Source: Chiloscyllium plagiosum | Taxonomy: Eukaryota | Direction of reading: 5' to 3' | NCBI RefSeq assembly: GCF_004010195.1 | Contig: NC_057720.1 | Location: 27,094,611 to 27,158,610, forward strand | DNA: 64,000 nucleotides | In this document: positions 34,330-44,419 of the stretch, in pieces | Layout of the letters: every line of letters starts with the position of its first letter | How positions within the stretch are numbered: position 1 is the stretch's first letter | Made by a program: the position numbers and the translations under genes | The notes under the pieces: generated by a model | Seen by the model: the letters and a program-made list of their open reading frames with translations, nothing else | The model's database searches: none | Told to the model about the DNA's origin: nothing

Positions 34330-36600
34330 ATTGCTGGGAAACAGCTTGAAAGTTTGCCTTGTTGTATAGATTAAGATATTTCCAAACTGTCTTATGTAAA
34401 GCTTTGGGTTTTTTTGTTTTATTTTGTGATGTAAACTTATGTTTTTATCTTAAAAAACATTTGCAGTTTTATTAAAATATATATTGATTAACTACCATGG
34501 TAACCAATTACGGCAATTAAACTTCGGATCTATCAAACAAAGTTTCACTCTTGGATATGACTTGTCCAGTGTTACCACCAGCTAGGCCATAATAAAGGAC
34601 GGACTCTTGATGGGATTGGAATTTGTTGGATTTCAGAGGGGTCAGTGTCTTTCTTAGAGAAATAGATCATTGAATTACTGGACATAAAGCAGGAGTGTAT
34701 TGGTAAAATGTATTATATGGATTGGACTTTGAAAATGGCTTGAAATTTCACTATGACTGTTTTGGGAGTAAAAGATATGATGACAGATTATCTGAAGTCT
34801 TTCTCTAAGCAAATGTCACAGATGATTTGAAGGTAGAAGCATGATCTCATAAAAAATATGCTGCTTAAAGTGATTACCCAGCATTTAGAATAAAAAGGCA
34901 GGAACCCTGAACTTCTTATGCCATCACTTGTATTAGCCAAGATTCATAGAGTCATAAAGTCATACAGCACGGAAATAAACCCTTTGGTCCATGTCAAAAT
35001 GAGAAAAGAAGCTTGAATTCGAAGAAATAGAAGAAAGCAATGGAAATAAGAAAGCTCAAAATGGCAAGAGAGAAAAAAAGAACAGAACAACAGAATGGGA
35101 AATCAAATTTAAGAAGCTTGAACTGCACAGAGAGAAGTTGGGTGATAAGTTTTTAAAAACTTTGAATAAAGAAAGAAATAAAAGGTAATAATTCAGAGGA
35201 TGGCTATAATTTGATTTAATGAGAAACTTACAATTATGTTTGAATTATAGAGGATGGAGTGGAAAGATATTTACCTCACTTGAGAAGATACCTGAGGGAG
35301 ATGTTTGTACCTTAATGTTGCAGAATGTTTTAACAGGTGCAGCTATGAAAGTTTGTCAGAGGAATAATTTGCAGGCTATGAAACGGCTGAAAAACAATAC
35401 CTGATGCCCATGATTGTCATTGAAGCTGATCAATTCAAATTTATGATTTCGAGGAAGAACTAATCAGACAATTGAAGAACTTGTAAGACAAAAATATATG
35501 TTATCAGACCAGTTGTTTTGATTACTGATAGAAATTTTTGTGAACAATGAGGAAAATCATTAATATGGAAGAAATCCAATATTGTAAACTTAAGACTTAT
35601 TTAGCAGAGCAACAAATGTTAAGAATACAAGATGCAGCAGTTCTGGCAGTATACTCTTACACTTCACACAGTTACACATGAGAAAATGATTATATGAGGA
35701 TCAACCAGGAAATTGGAAGAGTAGAAAATCTGAGGATAGAAAGGGTATCAATTACAGTCAGCAAACAGAAGGACAGTAAAAAAAGAAGAAAGGCTATAAC
35801 CTAAAAGCAATATGAAGAAAATAATACACTTATATTTTAACAATGATCAACATACTGAAGTCAATTGTTGAAAGTTAAATGGGGGATGCTCTGCAGTAGT
35901 AAGGATGCCAAAGGAATCCTCAGAAAAAGGTTGCATCAAGGAAAGAAATGAATATTAAACAGTCACAGTCGTACAAATGGAGTAGGTTCCCTTGGAATCT
36001 GATTTGAAGGGAGAGATGACTCAAGATAGTCAAGAAAATTCTTCTTTCACTATTAATAAAGGGAATCAGACCACTGAAGTTCTTAATATTTTATTTCAGA
36101 TGCTTATGATTCTAATTAAGATAGAAAGCAATAAAGATATTGAGAGACAGTGGAGCAACCCTTTCACTAATACTGGCTGATCATACAATTTATCTTCCAG
36201 AGGGCTTAATGAAGGAGAAAATATTAACTGGAGGTGTATATGGAGGTTACAAACTGGCCCCATTATACAATGTTGGATTAAAGAATAACTCAGTAAATGG
36301 AGAGATTGAGGCAGATTAGTGCAACAAATCCTTGTAAAAGAAATTGATTTTATCATGGGGAATGACCTGGCTGCTTCAAAAATACTGGCTTCACCGAGGG
36401 TGATGAAATAACTAGTAGAAGTAAAATAAATTGATATTACAGAAGAAATAAACTGGATACTTTCCTGACTGTGTTGTGACTAGGTTTAAGGCTTATCCAG
36501 TCAGGAGGAGCGGTCTATAAAAAATCAGAGATGATTTTGAAATTCAGGTATCTGACAGAATTTTCAAAAACTTAAATAAAGTGGACTTGCATAGAATATG
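34330..36600 (+). mobile_element. Highly decayed Gypsy LTR element (LTR end, gag, protease region)
   Basis: Fragments IFTSLEKI..TLMLQNVLTGAAMKV (gag) and IDFIMGNDLAASKILASP...cctgactgtgttgtgactagg (PDCVVTR) resemble SCAN-bearing vertebrate Gypsy gag-pro. Many stops and frameshifts. Confidence 0.6.
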
Positions 36601-37025
36601 ATCATTATGAAAATTATTGTTTGTTTCATGTTAATATGTTGTTACTATCATTATAAAATAGAAATAATACTAAAAAATGAAGATATATTTTCAGGACATA
36701 TTGTCATTTTTTCTTTGGGGAAACATTCAAGCATTTTATATACATGATAATTTGGAGGTTTATATTTTTAAAATGGAGTTAGATGGATTTTGATTCAGTT
36801 CTGTGAAGGTAACATTTTCAAGAAATTGATAAGTCAATTTGAACAGTGTCCTAACCACGTCATTTCTAAAACAGCACATGGTTCAATTAAGTTGATAGGT
36901 ATGCAATGATACCTGTGGTTTAATTGATGTAATGTTCATGCTGCTGAGTTTCTAAAAAAATAGAGGTCATTACTTTAATTTGACTTCAGTTAGAGGAATC
37001 TGTAGATCAGTTTAGGAGAATAGTT

Positions 37026-37062
37026 TTCACGAACAGTAAGCCGAATACTTACTGTTCGTGAA
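37026..37062. repeat. Perfect 15-bp inverted repeat, 7-nt spacer
   Basis: ttcacgaacagtaag-ccgaata-cttactgttcgtgaa. Confidence 0.95.
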
Positions 37063-37479
37063 GTTTCCAAGTTCAAAACGCCATTGAGTCATAGCATTTT
37101 ACAGCATGGCAAGAGGCCTTTTGGCCCAATCTAACTGAACCGATGATCAAGCACCTATCTACTCTGATCTGATTTTCCCTCTTTTGGCCTGTAACTTGTA
37201 TCTGCTCTCACTCATACTCCAGTTCTCCAGTCACATGTTCAATCTTTCAGTTCTCCTATTTCAATGCTCATTCACTCGTTGGGCTGAAAGTAATCCTAAA
37301 TAGCTGCTCTAGATTTCCTGCTTTTCAATCTCCTTCCTACCTGCCTGAGATCTACTTTCAGGACTTCATTTCCCTTCCAACTATGACATCTGGCTGTTTA
37401 TCCTTCCCAGAATAATCTTCCACAGCTGCTCTGTGTTATCCTTGATCCTGGCACCAAGAGACAAAATAATGTTCTGGAA

Positions 37480-37880
37480 TCATGCCCCCAGCAACAAACA
37501 GCTAAACAGCCTTTTTGTTCATCCCCTCTTCTATACAGCATCTAGGGACATGGTGTCAGAGGATGGTTCACACCAACACCTTCACCAATATCCAAATCTG
37601 AAAGTCAATTAATGAGTGGGGCCTCAGGGGACTCTTGCATTAGTGCCTTATACTCAGGACAGCCTGGTTGATCACCCTTTCATTTGCTGCCTCCTAGTCT
37701 GTAGTTTGACCACTTCTTTCAATGTATTATCCATGTAACTCTCAGCCTCACATTTGTGTCACACAGCTTTAGCTCGTAACCCGGAAATTAGGTTTCTGGA
37801 GACAACTTCCTAAACATTTAATTGTTTGGATCACCAGCAGAGTCAACGAATCCCCACATACTGCAGGACATGTATTCATG
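37480..37880 (-). mobile_element. Possible old CR1 ORF1 relic
   Basis: Minus strand tgtcctgcagtatgtgggga (..SCSMWG) resembles the CR1 ORF1 N-terminal CxxCxMW motif. Otherwise very decayed. Confidence 0.4.
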
Positions 37881-39549
37881 TGGCCAAACTGACCCTCCGT
37901 GTTTTCATTTACTTAATTTATGTTCATTTTATTTTACTTTGGTTTACTCATATTAACTTTGACAGTGGCTTAAAAAGAGATGAGTTGTTAAAACTTTTCA
38001 TATTACACATGGTGGGTAACTCACAAGAAATACCACAACTTTCCACAAGAAATACAATAATAAACAGAAAACAACATTTATACTACATGAAGGGTAACAT
38101 TAATTTGTTGGCAAGAGGACTCTAATTGGTTGAGGTATTGCCATGGACAGCAGCACTTAATGATGACTGACAGTCAACTGCCACACTTTGTTTAAGTTTT
38201 AAATCAGATAGATTGACTCTGATTGATCAAAGCATTGCCCTGACAAATCAACTGGAGAATGGCTATCACAAGCTGCTGTTAAGTTGGAACAGGGCAGTGA
38301 GTGTTGTTTTATATACTGTGTTTCTTTCATGGCCCTGTATATTAACATATACTGCCTCTAATTTTGAGTGTGTGTAGAATTACTATGACAATCTATTTTA
38401 GATTATCAGTTGAGCTTGCAGTATTGCCTTAAATTAATAAATCTTATAACTGTTAACAATGCATCTTAATACTGATAAATTCAACTAATGTTTAATACAA
38501 TTTACTTGTTGAAATAAACTTACTGAAAGAACTTCTTTTCCCTTGCACAAAATTTTCATATAAACCCAATTTGTTACTCATTATGCCTACTGCTCATCTA
38601 ATAGTCTTCTGGCTGTGTGCACCTTACAGAGCTGATAAATATTTATCAGGACACTGGGAAAAGTTTATATTTTTCTTCAAATAGTGCCATGACATCTTTT
38701 ACCTCCATCTGAGACGGCTGACTAGGATTATTTGAAGGATTATGTCCCTGGCAGTGCAGGAGTCACTCAGTATTCACAGACATTCTCAGCCTGGATTACG
38801 AGTTTGTTTGCAGAAATGCATTTGTATATTGCACAATTGTGGGTTGCCATAGGCACGTGATCTCTGCTGTAACTTGATTCACTTTGGAATGAGTATCAGT
38901 TAAAACACATTGCATGAAGTATGATGTTAGGAATGATTAGCTGAAATTGTGTGGATTATCAGAATGGTATAATCACCAGTTACTGAATGAAATAGAGAGA
39001 ATGATTTAGAACAATAGCCTGCAACTTTGAACGCTCAGGACAATCAGAAAGACCTGAAACCATCAATAACATACCTGCTGAGATAAAGTGACAGGTGAAG
39101 ATGGCATCTAGTACAAATGAAATAGAGTGAAACTGCACTGAGTATGTGGTTAAGGTGAAGCACTTATGGTAGTAATGACAAATGATTGGTTGCAAAATGG
39201 TTTCCCCCATGTTCTGAATAGTTTTGCACTGCAGCAAAAAAACACAGAAAACATGTTTGACTGCATTGACGACCTGACAGACCTTAACACACTTGTCCAA
39301 TAACGGCAATTTAAGCAGAAAAAGATTACTGAACTTTTCCAGAGCTAATTCCCCAAATTTTTGCATGAATTTTACCGTACAAGGTCAGGTTATTGAAAGT
39401 GGTGAACAAATAGAAAAGTTAAGACATTCTTAGCATGTTTTCTTCGTTGCAGTGTTATTTTTGGTATAAGGTGCACTCGTAGGCAAAAACCACACAGGGG
39501 TGTCCTCAGCAATTTTGAAGCTCCATCTAACACAAATTTATTGGAAGAT

Positions 39550-40680
39550 GCCTTTGATTTAATTTATTGCAATTTTATTGTAAATTCATTATCTCTAAGG
39601 TGATGGGAAAAGGGATTTTGAAGCACGTCCATGCAAGCTATCAAAAAATTTAGCCTAACCTGAAAAAATAAGAGAAAAATTGCTGCCAAATGTGAACAAT
39701 GAGATTAAGGTCCACACCAGCCAGTGCAATGCTTGTAATGACTATCAAGTTAAGCAAGCTAAACAGCTCCTCATGATGTATGGCTGCCTTGGCAGAGTGT
39801 GGATGAAGCTTGGAGAAGATATCTTCATCCTCACAGGAATCTTTTATCTCATTACCATCAACTACTATTCTGATTACGTAATGGTAGATGAGCTGACATC
39901 AATGACTACTAGTGAGACTGTCGAATGCTGGCAAGCACAGTTCAATCATACAGCATTCCAGGCAGGGTGATGAGTGACAGGGGCCATCAATTTATTTGTG
40001 AAGAATTCAAGCACTTCACAAGTGAATGGAAAATTCAGCACCACACACCTTTGCCACATCATCCCAGTCAAATCGCAAGGCTGATTAAGCCATGAAAATT
40101 GCCAATCTGGCAGTTAAAAAAGAAGAGCAAATCCAGCACAGGCTTGTACATTGTAATCATTGAGTGGAGAAATATAGCTGTTGAAGAATTGGACAGCAGT
40201 CTCGTCCAACCGTTGATGTCATGTTACAGCCAAACTACTCTTGCAAAAGTTTAAAAAAAGATGTTGATGTCAGAAGTAGTAACAGAAGTGAGTTACAAAA
40301 TATGATTTGATTTAATTTAATTTATTACTGCCACATGTACTGAGGTACAATGAAAAGTGTTGGCTTACGTGCACCTTGGTTATATTGGTACTCAGAACAC
40401 TAAACTTGATGCTGGAAAATATATTTTCTCTCAAAATCCCTTCTAACCTCTTTGAAAAACTAGCTTGATTTAATACCTATAGGACTTCAAACAATAGATT
40501 TTTTAAAATACCTACAATTTACTTCTTTAAGTGAAAACAAAAAAATCAAAGTGAAATGATAGAAGGCCAAATTTCACTTTGATATAATTGCCAATCATTG
40601 GTAAAACTGAGCATAAGAGAGCCAAACAGAATGCAAGAATTCAGCAAGAGTCAGCTCACATTGCAACTTGGGACCTGTGG
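39550..40680 (+). mobile_element. Gypsy integrase relic
   Basis: H..LPNVNNEIKVHTSQCNACNDYQ..WMKLGEDIF..YLITINYYSDY..; VMSDRGHQFICEEFKHFTSEWKIQH (HHCC + D,D motifs). Resumes after an insertion as KIKVK..KAKFHFD. Confidence 0.85.
40371..40522 (-). repeat. ~152-bp inverted copy of 43425-43577
   Basis: gcaccttggtta.attgg.actcagaaca.taaacttgatgctg...cctacaatttac, roughly 80-85% identical by eye to the reverse complement of 43425-43577. Confidence 0.92.
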
Positions 40681-41114
40681 AGATTAGTTATCACTTCAAT
40701 CAAGCATCATTATCATCATCATCAGCTTTGGTGGTCCCTCGCAGACAAGGATGACTTCTCTTCCATTCTCAGGATGATTCCATAGGTGGCTGTACTGTTT
40801 GATGCAACTTCTGCAGAAGGTGGTGTTGGGAACAGATGGGTGGGGCATTGGTGTGGCAGCACAACCATACTGCTGTTTCCGCCTGGCTTCCGCTTTTTGC
40901 TGACGGCAAGTCCTGAGGTGCTTGATGCCTTCTTGGATGTTTCTTCTCCACTTCGGAGAGTCTGTGGGAATGTCACACCTTCACAGGCCATCCCTGAAGT
41001 GTTTCGTCTGTCCACCTGGGGTTCACCTGCCATTTCGAAACTGGGAATAGAGCACTTGCTTGGGGTGTCTCGTGGCAGTCGTGCAAATGATATTCCCAGC
41101 CCATAGTAGCCATA

Positions 41115-41460
41115 GGACAGCACGGTGGCTCAGTGATTAGCACTGCCGCCTCACACCGCCAGTGAATTGGGTTCAATTCCATCCTCAGGCAACTATCTGT
41201 GTGGAGTTTGCACATTCCCCCCTTGTCTGTATGGGTTTGTTCTGGTTTCCTCCCACAGTTCAAAGATGAGCATGTTAGATGGATTGGTCATGCTAACTTG
41301 CCCATAGTGTCCAGGGACATGCACATTAGGTGGATTAGCCACAGGAAATGTACAGTTATAGGATAGGCAGAGTTTGGGTCTGGGTGGGATGCTCTTCGGA
41401 GGGTCGATGTGGATTTGATGGGCCAAATGGCCTGCTTCCATACTGTAGGAATTCTATGAT
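41115..41460 (+). mobile_element. Full-length HE1-like SINE nested in RTE
   Basis: A box ggtggctcagtgatt, B box gggttcaattcc, CR1/HER1-like tail ggcctgcttccatactgtaggaattctatgat. Confidence 0.9.
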
Positions 41461-41930
41461 CAAGGGTGATAAGTGCCTCAATGTTAGGGATTTGGACTGG
41501 TCAGTGACGTTGGTGTTGGTGCATCTTTCATCCCAGCGGATTTGCAGGATTTTGCGCAGGCAGCGTTGGTGGTACCGTTGCGGCATCCTGACGTGTCTGC
41601 TGTATATTGTCCATGTCTCAGAGTCATATGGGAAGGTGGGAACCATCACAGTTCTGTGAACCATGATTTTGGTGTCAGATCTAATATTGTCCTCGAACAC
41701 CCTTTTCCTCGGGTGGCCAAAGGCTGCGCTAACACACTGAAGGCTGTGTGGGATCTCTTCATCAAAAAACTGCTTTGGACAATACCACACTCCTGAGGTA
41801 TGGAAGTGGCCAATGGTATCTAAGGTCTCCCCATGGACATTGATGGTCATGGATTCGCTCTGCAAAGCCGGGTCATATTGGTTAATGACCTCATCTTGCA
41901 GATGTAGGGGTTGAGACCTGTGCTCTCATA

Positions 41931-42133
41931 GTTAAAAATCACACAACACCAGGTTATAGTCCAACAGGTTTAATTGGAAGAACACTAGCTTTCGGAGCGC
42001 TGCTTCTTCACTCTATGAAGGAGTGGCGCTCCGAAAGCTTGTTTGCTTCCAATTAAATCTGTTGGACTATAACCTGGTGTTGAGTGATTTTTAACTTTGT
42101 ACAATCCAATCCAACACCTGCATCTCCAAATCA
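41931..42133. mobile_element. Fold-back PLE family-2 insert (80-bp arms) with TSD
   Basis: Arms 41931-42010 and 42016-42095 are reverse complements. Flanked by tgtgctctcata (41919-41930) / tgtgctctata (42134-42144). Confidence 0.88.
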
Positions 42134-42559
42134 TGTGCTCTATAATGCCTCCATAAAGGTGCTAATGAAGGTCTGGCATTTGTCCTCTGAGTTTTCACAT
42201 ATACAAGCATCACCTGCATACTACAGCTTAATCCAGCCTGGTGAAAGTGAATGACCAGTTACATTCCTGAAGAAGGGCCTGTGCCCGAAACGTCGAATCT
42301 CCTGTTCCCTGGATGCTGCCTGACCTGCTGTGCTGTTCCAGCAATAAAGTTTCAACAATGACCAGTTACATCATCACAACCTTTGTACAATCCAATCCAA
42401 CACCAGCATCTCCAAATCATGTGCTCTATAATGCCTCCATAAAGGTGCTAATGAAGGTCTGGCATTTGTCCTCTGAGTTTTCACATACACAAGCATCACC
42501 TGCATACTACACCTTAATCCAGCCTGGTGAAAGTGAATGACCAGTTACATCATCACAAC
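42095..42559 (+). repeat. 179-bp tandem duplication; first unit carries a later 92-bp PLE insert
   Basis: Unit 2 = 42381-42559 (179 bp). Unit 1 = 42095-42380 (286 bp = 179 + 92 insert + 15 TSD). Confidence 0.95.
42263..42298 (+). ncRNA. Minimal type-I hammerhead ribozyme motif in a 92-bp PLE insert (42265-42356)
   Basis: Stem I AUUC/GAAU; CUGAAGA (42267-42273)+A; stem II GGGC-cugu-GCCC; GAAA; palindromic ACGU; cleavage triplet GUC (C=42294). The insert has a perfect 15-bp TSD aatgaccagttacat (42250-42264, 42357-42371). Confidence 0.82.
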
Positions 42560-44419
42560 CACAGACATATATGTATATCTAAAGAAGTTGCTCCCTCATG
42601 ACAGATGATAAGGAAAATATGATATCACAAACTACACAATGCAGAATGGCCACCAATCTCAGAGGTCCACCATTCCCCAACAAGGGTGATGCATTAACAA
42701 TAATAGTTACCACGGCAACAAGGGAACGACACTTCCCTGAGATGGAGCATCACCCCAGGAACAGACAGATGACAAATGAACAGCCACTGGCAACATGAGT
42801 GTGTTTCATTGGAAGACATGCACAATTTAATAATTATAAACGCAATCCTTTTACAGAGACATGGCATTTGGTCAGACTAGATTTAATAAGCAGCTTTTGT
42901 TCAGGAATGATAATTTTTATTATTGTGAGTGCATATTGTGGATAACTTGCAAATGATAATGCAGGCAATTTCTTTATGAAAAATGGAATGCTAGGAGAAA
43001 TGTATTTGTACATTTTACAAGGGTAGCTCGCCATAGTCATGTGATCGCTGCTGTACCTTGTTTTCACTTTCAACTGAATAGCCACTAAAATACTTCACAT
43101 GAAACAGAGTTCAAATTTCTGAGTGGCTTTGTTACAGTTCTAAAGATCACTTTCTCAAGGAAGCTCAGAGAGTAACTTCAAATTAAATTGAATCACCAAT
43201 AAACAACAATTTCCATTACTCTTACCCTGTACATCATACAACAGTTTAATTGAATGTAATGCATAAACTGGAATAGGATATGATTGAATTGGATCAACAT
43301 GATATTAATCGAATAAACTTAGGTGCAAATAGTACGTTATGTTTACTGATGCATTTGAAAAGTCCATGATCTAATTTTATAAAACGCTCAGAAATCCTCA
43401 GTGGTAATGTTATCACTTCAAATCGTAAATTGTAGGTGTTTTAGAAATTTTATATTTTAAAATTCTATTGGTCTTAGATTAAGCTAGCTTTTCAAAGAGA
43501 TTGGAAGGAGTTTTGAGAAAAAAATATATTTTTCAGCATCAAGTTTATTGTTCTGAGTGCCAATTTAACCAAGGTGCTGTTGTGTTTTAGTCCTCCTGAC
43601 ACCTGCCATCATCATCATGGGAATGATTTCAAAGAAGAAACCAAAGGAAACCATTTTAGAAAGGGCAGTTATGATTGGCAACCTCCAGGATAACATTCTG
43701 CGGAAAAGAATTGAGACTTTACCTTTCTGACTATTAGTATGTTTAAGGGAGATTGATGGTTTGAGACCACATGTATAATTTTAGTCAGTGAATGTGTATT
43801 GATACATGAAGTCAATGCACATTTATTTGTGTCTCGGTGAAGATTATAGAGTCACTTATTCAAACTTCCTACTGCCTCACTAACCACAGCTCATTCCCCA
43901 CACATGCACAAACACACACTGTCAAATAGCTTAAGCCCTGAATTCAACCAGAGTCAACAGCCAGAAGGAGAGACATTGTACAGCTCCAAATTGTATGTTA
44001 TAAAACCACTGCTCTGTTCTATGCCTTTTGTACTGATACTGTTTGCAGATTGTTACTTGGTTTAATAATACTATAGGTCAGATTGAGGACCAGTGACAGC
44101 AAACAATTACAATTGAAAGATAAAAATCGCAGTTTTTTAAGCTAAGAGTAGATCATGATGACATATTTTAATCTGGTCTGCTTCGGTTATAATGAAGGTA
44201 AATGATAATACAAGGGGATAAAGTGCTCATCCGTTAAGACCAAGAGTTACCTTGTTTGTGTTAAAAATGTACAAAGGTATCAGGGAGCAGAAGGCTAGCA
44301 AAGATAAGGAGGTACAGACTATAACAGTTGTGGTTAGAATGCATTCTATAATTAGGGGTTTCAATAGGATTCATTTTCGTCAGAAATGAGAGTCCTGAAA
44401 GATGAGACAGAGTAATTTT

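Larger units (their letters stand above)
40705..42800 (-). mobile_element. RTE-clade LINE (RT C-terminal part), interrupted by SINE and PLE inserts
   Basis: DEEIPHSLQCVSAAFGHPRKRVF..DTKIMVHRTVMVPTFPYDSETWT..RYHQRCLRKILQIRW is typical RTE. (CAT)n tail at 40705-40722. Confidence 0.88.

Noticed and set aside
40371..43577. TIR transposon bounded by the 152-bp inverted repeats
   Set aside because: The Gypsy relic continues on both sides of the left arm, so the interior is not a single inserted unit.
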